Under the pieces are notes generated by a model, which was not told where the DNA came from, made no database searches, and was given only the letters and a program-made list of their open reading frames with translations. DNA of 64,000 nt from Perkinsus chesapeaki ATCC PRA-425. Lineage: Eukaryota > Protista > Perkinsozoa. Positions 51,461 through 63,998 of this stretch are shown here, in pieces (the stretch's first letter is position 1; each line of letters opens with the position of its first letter). The translations under genes and the position numbers were made by a program. The stretch covers positions 2,620 to 66,619 of the forward strand of contig JAAPAO010000134.1 in assembly GCA_013115145.1 (NCBI GenBank), read 5' to 3'.

Positions 51461-54400
51461 CTACACCATGACGTTGGTACGAGTACTTACTTTTCCAGGG
51501 GAGCTAGGTGGGGACGCGCGCGACCCGGGGGAGTGGACTCTGATCGCACTAGAGCTCACCGGACTAAAAACTACTGAATTTTCTCTCATAGCCTTCTTAT
51601 CAATCTGAAGCACCAAGCTTGATATTGCAAGGGGCCTCCAACTGACCTCCGGAGAATCTTTGAGTGGATACCGGGCCTCCAGAACGTATTTAAGGTCCTT
51701 GTTCTCCTCTTCGAGTTCCTCTCGTTCAATTCTAGAATGCTCGTGCTTAGCCGATAGGTGATGAATTGCTGAATGATACACGCTGAATTATCGGCTAACT
51801 ATAACTATCAGCAAGATGTTCGCAAAGCAAAAAATATACGACCTTGAGGCTGCCACAGTTATACTCTCCTAGTAGATGCATAACATGTGTCACAAATACA
51901 GTTGTAGGCTTCATGAATGACGTCACAAATCGTGACGCACAGTTTCTGATGCTCGATGAGAACCGAAATAGCAAAATTCAATGCGCATTGTTCTCAAAAT
52001 TAACTACGTTGTACTGCCAGTAATTTGTTTATGAATAGCAGTAATCAAGAGTTCGAATATGAGTCTTTATTTTATCAATAAATGAAATCTCATAATGATT
52101 AATAAGGTATTAATAGCTATTAGATTTATAGTATTAACGACAACTACCGACGGTAGTCTACCGTGTCATCTCGTAGTTATTCATGTTACGTATCGTCACT
52201 CGGCAGCTCACTAGTATGAGTTGCACCCTTACATCGCAATATATCTGGTATCGGCTCAACCATTCTCTCCAAGGCCTTGATCCGCTGATCATCTGCACCA
52301 ACATGTCGTGCTGGAGGCGTCTTCGCTCTATGCCTGCCGAGGGGCAGTCTCGTGCAATTTTTGCAGCTATAAAGTTACTCAGCCTTGTTCGGCATCTCCT
52401 GTTTACTCAGCCTTGCCAGCCGACGCTTACCTCCCTCCAAATCTGATACGTACGCGGAATATTGAATTTTATTAAATGAATTGCCTTTTTCTAACGCCTT
52501 TGTCCGTTCTCGGAGAGTTTCATTCTTATGTTGAAGTACCTGAGGCGGTTGTATTTCAGAATATACCAGAGACGAGGCTCTCGACTAACTTTAAGGTGTT
52601 TTTCTGCCGAACCAAGTCTCTTCTTATATTCTTGCAGAGTCCTTTTCACTTCTTCTTTTTTATCACGCTCAGCCTGAATGATGCATGTTAGCACATCACG
52701 AGCACACCCCTGATGCCAAGTGCATGACGCACTCATTATCGTTTAGCAGTTCTCTGGAGAACTATCTTCTTATTGCTCGTGAAGAAAAGCACGAACCAAT
52801 ATGGCCAGCCCCAGCCATCGTTTAGCCAGTACTGTAGTAGTATAACGACTTCATCAGCCCACAAAGTGCTTCGATTGCTCGAGCTCGATAGAGCCTTGCT
52901 AGCCCCGGAAGGCGCGAGATACGACCTCACCTTAACCTCCTCCAGATATTGCCGTTTGCGCCTGTCGAGTTCCTGTTGATACTTGCCAGCTTGGCTCTTC
53001 AGCTTTTCCTCAAACTCTTCTTTTAGTGCGCTAAACTGTTGCAAGTAGGCGCTCTCTTTCTCCTTTAAACCAACACCTTGAAAACATAAGGATGTACCGT
53101 ATTGTTCACACGCTGTTAACCCGTTCATTTTCGTCCATTCATCCAAAAAACACTTCATTTTATGCAGTGTTCTCACATCTGTCCGAAATTTTCAATGTGA
53201 AAAAAAGCAATTTCTTCCAAAAATGATCAGAAACTTGTGTAGCTGAGCTGAGAAAAAGTTGTAGATATTCCGAAACCTACTATACATGGGCCATGTAACA
53301 TGGCATGCGAAGTTGTAAGTTCAAAGACGTTTGGCAAACGGTTTGGCCTTCAACCGCTGAATAGTAGGATAGTCGACTTGGATCGTAGCCAGCATGCTGG
53401 TCCACTTCAGGTGCTACTCATAGACCTACTCGTCCTCCTGTGAGTTTCTGCATCCCGGAGAAGCGTATCCAATTCTTTCCTCAATCGCGATGCTTCTTCA
53501 GTGTGCTCCCTGAGGGCGTAGCCGTAGTTAGCTTAGTCCCGAATCTCGGAATCCCGGAACACTGTTCCCGGCACAGAATTAGTTCCGGGAACTAATTTCG
53601 GGAACTAGTTTGAATTAGTCGAGGTCTAAATATTTCTCGTGAGCGCGTGAGAAACTGACTGCACCATGAATGATTGCCACATGGCATTCATTTGATCGGC
53701 ATAGCTGCGTTGCGAGTTGAATCACTTCTTCATTGCGGCGATTATGCTTTCTTTCTTATCCAGCTCCTTCTGTAAAGCTCGCATTGCTTCTTCCCCTGCA
53801 AAGAGATACTATGATCCCCTGACATATAATCGTACGGTACGATTCGTACCCTTCTTTTTCTCCTCACGCGCTTCAGATACGGACTTCTGAGCTACTTCAA
53901 TGCGCTTCGTATTCTCCCTGAAAAGCGCAGTGAGAGGGATTCTATGTTAAAACCTATGCCGTAGCCCTCCACAACTTGTGGCAGAAGTCTTGTGACCTTT
54001 GGCAATGCGTAGCCTTGTCGAGTTGCGCTTTTGGTGTTCAAAGCGGTATCAAGATCTAGCGAACACTTGCAACTTACAAGTACGTTATACCAGCGGTATA
54101 GCAAACGACAAGATCTTAATACGATCATCTTATAAGCAATAAGATGGTGTATGGATAAGAACACAGTGCTGAGTTTGTAGATGAACACAGAACGTTTCAA
54201 CACGAGCCGCTCGTGACGAGCGTAATTCTACGCCAATTTCTCATCAAGAGCGATGCCAGCCATCGAAGAACAATTCGCCTCACTCTTTCATCCCGATGAG
54301 TCGCTCCTCCCTATCTTTCAGCTGTTTCTCCAATCTAGAGGTAGCAGCGATACCTGAGCACACTTTTCTATAGGTATTATAAAGGACGAGTCCTCTACAA

Positions 54401-57400
54401 CCAATTAATTTGCCACCATCAGATTTTAGAGGCGATACAGGCTGTATCATACAGCTAAGCTTAAGGGTTCTCGACAGTGCTGATTTCGTTCCTGCCAATG
54501 TTCGATAATCCAACCTAGCCCCGACAAATCCAGGATTGCATAGAGGTTACGGATTTCGCCAAGCGGTGCATTCAAAACATGTCTCTTATTAGATGCGATT
54601 CACACGGGCTAAATAGTCTTCTTTCCTGACAGAAGTCGAAAACACTTCTCCTTGAGTTGCTCCAGTCTAGGAATTGTAGACTGGAAGCCCTGGTTTGAAA
54701 GTTTCAAGTTGAAACGTGCATACTTTTGTCACAGAAATGTTTACTTTCTCGAAGATCCTTCTCCAGTGTATCCGCTTTTTTCGTAACGTCCCTCAGCAAC
54801 TCCTCCTGGGAAATATTCTAGCTGTTATGCAAGAGCAACATCCTGTCACTTGTGCCCTAAACCGTTCCTTCAGCTCTTCCTTCGCTCGCAACCCTTCCTC
54901 GATAGCGGCTTCCTTCTCTTGTTGAAGCTCCTCAATCGATCGTTCGCGGTGCTAAAATGATTAACTGGGACCACGATGTGACCACATATTTCCCAGTCCC
55001 GCCAAAAAGTTCCAGCCTCCCGCACATGCACAGCCTTTTCGAAGCGACTTCCAGTTCTCATCAACCGGGGTTGATTCAACCCCGACCAGTTGAGACTTGG
55101 ACGTCGGATGCTGGCTGGACTTGCGGTAGTATGTGGATACATCTATCCGAGTTTAAACAACCGCGAAGCCCATATAGCCGAGAGTTTTTCAAAAAACGCG
55201 ACACTATATTGCTATTTGGCAGGCTGTAGAGCTCGCCAAATAGTAGTACTGTTATAGTAGTGAGCTCCATGATCAGAACAAGCTTTGCCGAATACAATTG
55301 TTCGCGGTGAACTCTCAACATATGCGGTAATAAATACCGGGTATTTTCAGTACGGGTTATAAGGGATGATGAAGTATCTCCTAGTGGACTACCAACCTCG
55401 TAGCGTAGGAAGATCAGAATACACTTACTTCCCATTTCTCTTTGAACACGCCCCAAAGCCTTTTGGTGTTTGTTTCCTTTTCCTTCAGTGTCTCCTCGAG
55501 CTCTTCTTTCGAGGCAGATGCATCCTCATGAGCCTGACGAGTTCATGCTACACATTACCGAAAACGTGGAAATAGATACCTCTCGAATCTCTCGCAGTTC
55601 CTGGTCTCTACGTCTTAACGCGTTCTCTGTTCTGCCGAGCCGATGCTTCAAATCCTCGCTATCTATTTTCAATGCATCGAAATTCTAATGGAAAAAAAGC
55701 TATCCACGGAAGCGATGTGTTTTTTCATGTGAGACTGTATAGTGTAAAAATGGCTTTGTCGGACACTGTGCTTTCTCACCTTCCGAAGCTCCTCTAACTC
55801 GGACTCTTTTTCCCGGGTGAGCGCAAGGGCTTGATGTAGACTCTCATTCAGTTCGTTTCGCGAAGTCCTCTCCTCCTCAATGGCCTAATTCAAAGGTTTC
55901 TTGCCAAAGCCAGTGAATGAATATCACCACGCTGGATGTACTTGAGCTTACTTGCGTTTGTGCGCTGACTCTGCCCCGAAGCTTCTCGAGTTCCTCGATT
56001 AGATCGCCCTTCGACTTCTCAATCTTCTCTTTGGCAGCTCGTTCCTGCTCTAGAAGTTGCCGGAGCTCTTCATGGCTTTTAGTAGCATGTTCTTGGTGAC
56101 CCCTGGAGAACACAGAGCGCTAGTATCAGTCTGATTGTCAGACTCTGATACTATCAGGGATCCCTCTTAGAGAGTATCGATAGTGAATGTTGACGACGAT
56201 GAGAATTTGGTGTTCAGATATTAGACAAAATTACGAGTAGCAAATAGAAAAAAAACGAAACTCCGAGTCGCAATGAAGAATGCCTTATCATTGAAAGAGA
56301 AGTAATTCTTCTTAACTTGAAAACGAATATCGAAATTTTCGATTCGAAAAACGGTCCCCAATTAGGGGGCACTCACTCCCGCTAGGTTTCGGCCCGAACT
56401 ATTCCGGACGCCCCTGTACTAAAAGGCTTCTATGGCAGCCTACGCCTCAGGCGTAACGCCCGTGTATTGCAAGGCCAACCTACTTGTGCATATCCTCCGT
56501 CTCCTTCAACTGTAGCTCTAATCTCGTGCTCCGTCGTCTAATATGCTGCATCTTCAACTCGCGCCCTTGCAGCGCATCTTCTAGTTTGCCTCTTTCCAAT
56601 TCGGCTATGACAATATTCGCGAAATTGAGAAAAATTCTGAGGGCTACTTTCTTTTAGTTTCTCGGTGAGATTCTCGATTTTGCTCTGTGCTTTCTTTAGA
56701 GCTTCTTCCTAAATGTCAAAGCTGTCTTCGAAATTCATATTACACGCCAACGGCCTAAGTGAAATCAGCCGCACGGTGTGCGACGCACGTTGGATAGTTC
56801 GCCAGGCTCGTTAACGACGATAGGGGGTAACCACGCAACCGATATTGTCGCAGTGGGTGGTTGACGGATTTTTAACTCGGTGTCACCCACTTAGTGTCCC
56901 GGTGTCCCTGTCACCGACTCAGTGTCACCGGGTTGTTGATGCGCCTTGGCATGAACGTTGTTTTGGTGTATAAAGGGCACTGCATTCTCGAAGATCAACA
57001 GACGATGTCGTACACTGCCCCCCATTGATAGATCAACTGCCATTCCGGAAAGCAAAGGCTCTCATATGAAGGCTTGAGTATTTGTGGTCCTGTCCCGTTT
57101 TAGCCAGTCACGAGCGCTTACGGTGGTTACGGACCTTGTTTTTACGACTATTATGCTGATGGTTCGAAGTGATGTCGTACAGAACCACTGATATACAGGG
57201 TACACGAATATTTGGTACAGAACATGTACCTCCGCAGTACTTTCTTAGGCCCAACTACAGCATGACACTGCCCGTACAGTTTGACTGCTACCGAGTCGGG
57301 AGTCCCGACTCGAGTCGAGTCGGTGGCCGTCCCGGCTCGGGACGGTCACGTGACGCAACGCTCACAGCGTAGCGGAAACAGCTACATTATATATTCGACA

Positions 57401-60400
57401 AGCTCTTCCAGCTCCTGAGCAGTTTCAAGTTTCTGAGCTTCTTAACAAGACTGCTAAGGTAACGTCTCACTAAGACGGTCTTAGTGATGACACGGTAGTT
57501 ATAATTAGTTCGATGCACCAATTTTTCTAGTTCAGTTTGCAACGAACCATTCGCTGGACATGACAAGTCTCTACCACCTCCTATATCAATGTCATATCAT
57601 GACTATGGTGTTCGCTGGCAACTTGCGCAACGACCTCGTTCCATCGAGCCCTGTCGTTGGAGTTCTAGCTCATCCTCCCGTCGAACAGGTTGATGAGACC
57701 TTTGTTATGGAGTATGTTGTGGAGTTTCTGGAAAGTGCGGGGATACAGGTTGTCCCTCTACTCTACGACGATCCTTACCTGGAATCTCAACTACAATTGA
57801 TAAGCGGAGTTTATCTCCCTGATGGCAACGTTGACGTTACCCTGGATCACCCCTATGTGAAGGCGGCAAACGCGATCTACAAGTATGCTCTTAAAAGGCA
57901 TTCTGAACAAGACCCTTTCCCACTGCTCGGCATGTGCCAAGGTCATCAAATTCTTGCTGCTCTGGCCGCGGGCACCGCCGACGTTATCGCAAAGAAAGCT
58001 TATACAACTACTGATGTAGCTCTTAGTCTTAACATCAACGGTGATGGAGGCGAAATGCTTGGTTCACTCCCGCCGAACGTGAGACAAATTTTGGAGAACA
58101 AGCCGGTGACGGCTAATCTGCATAGTGACGGAGTGCCGCCCGAGATGTGGGACGACTTAGAAGGCAGTTCGTGATGACAAGTACCAGCGTGGATCCAGTC
58201 AACAATAAGGTCTTTTCAGCTACTATGGAGTCCCAGCCCGGCGTGGCACCCATGTATGGTCTTCAATGGCATCCAGAAATGATTCCGTATCTTTGGAGCC
58301 GTTCATATGAGAGTGCTCTTGCCAAAACTATGGACTCTCTCCGAGTTAGTAATTGGTTTAGCTTATTTGTTGCCGGTGTGTTTCATGGAAAGCTTAATAG
58401 ATTCAAAGACCAAGAAGTGCTAGATGCAGCGCTCATCCGCAACTATGTTCGCCGCTGCGAGGATTTCTACTGCAGTATTTCGCAAGGAACCTGCTACTAT
58501 AAGGTTTCATCTAGTTCATTGCTTCATTAGAGCATACCATCCTTCGTATGACAGGCTATCACTGAAAGCTCAGGCTGAGCTACTCAGCGCAATAGCTCCT
58601 CACAGTGTTGCTGTGCGCGGGTTATCGTCATTATCACTTAAGAAGATAGTGTTGGGTTACTATGAGATCGACCAGGAGCAACAACACCGCTGGTTGCGAG
58701 AACTACCATCATGGTACTACCAGAACTACCATCATAATAGGCCGCTGAACATACAATCATTTCATTATGGTATTTGATACAGCATTTTTCGTATAAACAA
58801 AAGTGCCAAAGTCACGTTTTTGAGTTCAGCGGAAGGTTCAAAGGTTTCATATTCAGCTATAAATGATGGTACATTAGCTCTGCGCAGTCGCATATACATG
58901 TAATTTCAATGTCTATTAGATGTTACTAAGTTAAAGTTCCATGGGTAAGATTGCAAGGTTAATCAGATCTCGAAAAATGCCCTTGGTGACTGCGCGTCAA
59001 CGAGGTAGACCTAGTATCCCTATAATATACCCTTATTATAAGGATACCTTTCGAGTGTGGCATAGATTTAATCTATTGGATTATATGTCCCGATCGCTGA
59101 CTTACTTTCTCTTCCACTTGCTCATTGGCATCCTCTAGTTGAGATTCCAATTGCTTGTTATCCTTTTTCAACGAACTAGCCTTATTCTTCTCAACCTAGA
59201 CAAGAAAGAGCCCAACTTCACACATTTTCACAGATATGCATGAGGACGTGGAAAAATTGTACTGTGCCTGCCCCTAACCCTAAGATTGGATCGTCAATAT
59301 TACCCTTAATATACAAACGTAAGGTCACAAAAAGAACGAGGATCATATGATACGATGGAGATAATCTATGGCAGGGATTCTCTGCTTCCCTTGAGGAGCT
59401 CCGATGGAAATTCTGTTAGAAACTAGACCCCAAAGGGCCATAGAAGTATAACGAGTCATGAAGTACGATGCTTACCCTTAGTTCCTCGTGCATTCGGTCA
59501 CACTCCGACTTAAGCTCGTCGAAGTGGACTTGAAGATATGATTCTGATGAGAGTACATCGCTCGCGCGAAACTTACTACGAATTCCCCGTCCTTACTGCT
59601 TTGATATTCCCGCCTGAGCTGCTCAATCTCCTGCATCGCTCCCTCGTGCTCTCGAACCTGGCAGCAACGATGTGTTGAACTGTTTGTTCTCAAGTGAAGT
59701 CCAGTCACGTACTTTCAGCTTTAGTAGCTCCTCTTTCATTTTCGCTTCCTTAAGCGCTTCCTCTCGGTTCCGCAACAGCTCCTCAAGCTTTCGCTCTCGC
59801 TCCTGAGAGATTTCCTGGCGAACAGCGTATTCGGGAACAAAATGGTTATGAGGAAAAGACTAGCATTGTATTAATAAAAGTACAGTCCTAGCGATTATGT
59901 AATAATACTGAAGACTTTAGAGCTGCATGCCGGGTGCGCACCGCACCCGAAAGACTAATGCTCGAGCACACAATTCCACCACAGCGCACAATGACGCTAG
60001 TGTGAAGCGGCACCCGATAGCATAGTAGTGTGCTACGCCGCCATTGGTTAACCAATTTTTTTTCTTTCCTGTGATAGGGAGGTGTTGGCAGCCGGTACTG
60101 AGTATGTTTCCCCACGAGCTGAAGATGATTTGAGTTCCTTACTAGTTAACGGGACCGGGTATTAGTATGCTGCAGCACACATCATGAAACACTTATAACA
60201 ACATACTACTGGAACCATGAGATGTTTCTGTCAGAAATGCGGCTCTATTCAGAAATGCGCGTTGGTCCTAATTCCTAAGAAGTACGCAAGCCTAGGAACC
60301 TGCCGATCGTAAAATGTTTGATCTTCCTGGAGCACAGAGCATCAACTGCTATACATAGATATCTATCATGGACAACAGTTCTTCAAGTGCCCGTTCTCCT

Positions 60401-61933
60401 CAAAGGTGACGTAGACGCGCTCATCTGGACACAGGCTCACTTGTATATCTCCAGCATGGCGCTCCTCTAGCTTCCTCCGTTCAACACTAGACTGATGCAG
60501 TTCCTTTTCCAACTGTCTTCTTCCTTCCATCTCGTGCTGTTCAAAGCGTTCATTATGATATCTACGTTAACAGTAACATACGGCACGTCTAGGTCAGGGA
60601 ATGAGTTGTCTCATATTTACACAACATCCAGTGGATCATCCACTGTGGATGCCATCCACCTTACAACCTTCGAGTATTAAGTAATATTTCGTGTTTGCTA
60701 TGAAAAAAAACGGACATCCGTTTCCATTCCTAATAGGAAATAGTGTAAGAAATAGAAATTTCCTATAATATGGGATCGATATAGTATGAACAGCTTTTCG
60801 AGGGATATGGAGATACTACTGCCGCCAACTTACTCATTGAGTTTCTCTGTGAGCGCTACTTGTTCTTGAAGCTCCACGATTTGTCTTTTTAACTTATCTA
60901 TCTCTTTCTCCTTTTCAGTGTGGACATTCCTCAGGAGCTGTAGCTCTTCAAAGCCTGAAACCGATGCATTCTCCTTGCATGATTAACCGTATAACTTACA
61001 CAGCTCGCTTTTGCTTTTCAACCCGTCCACGTGCCTCATCGCTTTCTCTCTCTCGCATCGCTGCAACACCGTAATGAAATACCAATGTGGAATGCAAACT
61101 TGCCTCGGTCTCTAGCTGATCCAGCAAGCTTTGATTCTCCTGTTTGTAGTGCTCCATTTCGGCTCTGCTCTCCCGTTCTAGATTAATGTTCGCCCTTTTC
61201 AGTGCCTTGAGCATACGGAAATTTTCATTGACCGCCAGGCTGACAGCTACCTCGATTTTTTCTTCCAGAAACTTGGTTTGAATGAAAGATTCATGCATTG
61301 CTTTCTCCAGCTGTTCAGAATGTTTATTTGACGCGGATCTCTGAAATCAGGAATACCACGATTCTGGGCCTCGCCTCGACATCAGACTCTGATGATCAGA
61401 GGCTCTGGTTCAGAGACAAAATTATTGCAATCGATAATACATGCCCTAAAATCGTCCCGAAAACTAAATATTTACTGATCTCTTCCAAAAAGATAAACTC
61501 AGCAAGTTTGACTTACCAACTCTGATTCATATTTTTCTGTCACCGCAATATATTCCTCGTTCTTCTGCGACAGTGAGGCAGTAAGGTGAACTTCAGCTCG
61601 ACGTCGCTCTCTCATCACAGCTTCCATGGCGGCTCGCTCGGTCTCTACTATTTCAATATTTGGCTCGCGTCACAGCAAAGGCCACTTACCGTCTTTAAGT
61701 TCCTCGTATGCTTTAGCTAGTTGTGCGCGTTCTTTCCGGATCAAGGTGAGCTTCTGGACAATATCTCTGAAATTGAAGTGCCGTAACATATTTGGCAAGC
61801 ATTTACTAACCGGTATTTATCGGCGCTGACGTATTTAGCTCGGTATTCCTTGTTGAGTATTTGGTCCTCCATCACGAGGTCAGGTATCTGGAAGTCGCGT
61901 GTTTATCCGGAATCCGGATACCTCTCGGTTCAT
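51461..61933 (-). CDS. Large multi-exon coiled-coil protein of unknown function
   Basis: More than 20 short GT-AG exons rich in E/K/R/L/Q heptads (e.g. ERERKLEELLRNREEALKEAKMKEELLKLK; EEALKKAQSKIENLTEKLKE). Probable start MNRE|IPDLVMEDQ at 61933. 3' end approximate. Confidence 0.75.
57560..58530 (+). CDS. GGH: Gamma-glutamyl hydrolase (peptidase C26), intronless, with a single -1 frameshift near 58150; nested antisense in an intron
   Basis: Signal-like N-terminus, PVVGVL, FPLLGMCQGHQ (catalytic Cys), TANLH, MYGLQWHPE (His/Glu), C-terminal ALIRNY. ORFs 57560-58174 and 58147-58530 are colinear; one extra G in the GGG at ~58148 restores the frame. Confidence 0.85.
60096..60166 (+). repeat. 71-nt dispersed repeat, copy 1 (intron of coiled-coil gene)
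   Basis: 67/71 identical to the reverse complement of 63928-63998. Confidence 0.9.
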
Positions 61934-62604
61934 CAACAGTCAATATCCCCTTGAAGAGGCAATAGAAGATGAGTGACGCATGATGAGTCTCGGAAAAGCA
62001 TTAGATGCTCCCAGAAGGGATGCATTTGATAATATCAAATTGATACAGCACTAACCATTGACAACGCGTGACTGCGTTGCTCATTTTCCAATAACCATCG
62101 AGACGGATACGAACTAATTCATTCATGAGTGATTGATTTAGTGGGTGATTCGTGAAACACTTCTCAGAAATAAATCGTTTTAAACCTCCATTAGCAGCAT
62201 GCCATCAAAGTAAATACCTGCTCAAAGCATGCCCTTGGTAAGGAGCCTGGTTGATTCGCGAAGCTCGCACACGTTCTGTAACATATCTGATATTCGTCGA
62301 TATTTGTTAATAGTGAATCTTTGTGCCGCATATCTCCCAAATAGCGCTCTATGGAATAACCGACCCGATGCTGCCTTTCTTTCTTTTTGAAGATGAATCT
62401 TTCGAAATGAGCTACAAGTGATGATCACTCAGTGATCCTCAGGAATTTGCCCAGGAAGTTTTGGGAACCTCAGGACCGATTTTCCCTGTAATTGATTTAC
62501 CCTGGAGTTGGTATCAGTATCGGTAGTTGCTTCGCCTGCAGAATCCGAGTTGAAGAAAGGAAGAGCAGATGGTGCTGAGTCCTGCTCTGTGCTATCGTTC
62601 ATCG

Positions 62605-63580
62605 TCACGGCAGAAATACAAAATCATAGCATAAGGTGGACTGATAAACACAGGAGTCGCAAGGGACCTCCTTCAGGGGCACATCAGGTGTTCCGCGAGG
62701 GAATTCACTTAATGACATCAAGTGAAACATCACATTGATGTTTCCTTTTCGTCTAGGCGCGTATCTTTTGTAAAAGTTAGTGTATCTCCCATAAAACTTA
62801 TCTCCGTGGAACATTTCTGTGAGGCAAATGTCTCCTAAGATGTGCGGGAGGATACCATCGCACATCAAAGGTTTGATGTGAGTCACATCAACGGATACTG
62901 GACACGACCTCCCAGTGAAGTCGAGAAAACACTATTGAGAACGAAATGCCTGGAGTAAGGACACAAGACATCTTCGAGCTCGACATCATGATTCATCCAA
63001 AGTAACACTAGGCGGCACACCGACGATAAATGGAGTAAGGAAAGAAAAACACAGGAGACACAGAAAGCAGGTCGGCCGGCGATTTCTCGTTGCACAAGCT
63101 GGACTGACCTGCTTGACAGCTTCTGATTCACGAGCCTCAGAGTTTAGAAGCTGTCGATCACATGCTGTCGAAATGAGTCCCATACTCCTCCGGGGTTGTT
63201 ATTGAATAGCCAGTGGCCTGCATTACCGACCTGCGAACCAGATAAAAGTTGGTTACTTTCACTTGACTGAAAATGCTGTTTAACCCGATAAGCGTATAAA
63301 AGTATCTTTATCCGGAGCATGCTATGACCAACTTCGCCCGATTTCATTTTCCCTACCCCGTGCTTCTGTCGACTCTCACGGCCCGAAATGCTCGGCCTCA
63401 GAGCCTGATTTAGCATCACAGAACAGGCGCCGCTCTGACAATCGGTCTCCCTTCACTGATTCTGGGGGGAATATAATAAGCGGTATACAAGAGCCTAAGT
63501 CTACTTCTTATTGCCGGAGGATTCGCCGCTGTAGCTAGCCCAGAGAGCGTCAGTACAGACAGAAGAATTAATAGGTTCAT
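62605..63580 (-). CDS. Hypothetical secreted multi-exon protein
   Basis: MNLLILLSVLTLSGLATAANPPAIR| is a clear signal-peptide-like start followed by GT-AG exons; the last exon probably ends STLCYDFVFLP*. No recognisable family. Confidence 0.5.
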
Positions 63581-63927
63581 TGATCAAGTGGGCTAATCAA
63601 CTGACTCAGATAATCAGAGAAGCTGCAGGAGCAGCTAGTTACAGAAGACTTTCTAATATTGCCACTTTGCCAAGAAGGAATGGATTGGGCATTCCGCAGG
63701 TCCGTATGAAACATTTCGAATATCTCTAATCTTGCTCTGCACTGGAACTGTGTTCAGTAATCTGATGGTAAACCAAACTTGGTCACCCAACCACCAGAGT
63801 TTCATAGAATCGTACAAGTTTTTATTCGTCTTTGTCACAACTTAAGCTTCATAATCGATTCCCAGATTAGCTCATATGCCCGCTCCTCGCCTCTCTCGCT
63901 CCTCAACAATAACTCCTTGCTACTTAA

Positions 63928-63998
63928 ACTAATACCCGATCCCGTTAACTAGTAGGTAACTCAAATCATCTTCAGCTCGTGGGAAAACATACTCAGTA
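63928..63998 (-). repeat. 71-nt dispersed repeat, copy 2 (inverted)
   Basis: Reverse complement matches 60096-60166 at 67/71; may extend beyond the window edge. Confidence 0.9.

Noticed and set aside
58140-58175. Perkinsus mitochondrial-type programmed frameshift (AGG/CCC codons) in GGH
   Set aside because: No in-frame AGG or CCC codon at the shift site, the gene is nuclear, and a homopolymer error explains it more simply.
59272-59283. CCCTAA x2, telomere-like
   Set aside because: Only two units inside an intron; expected by chance.
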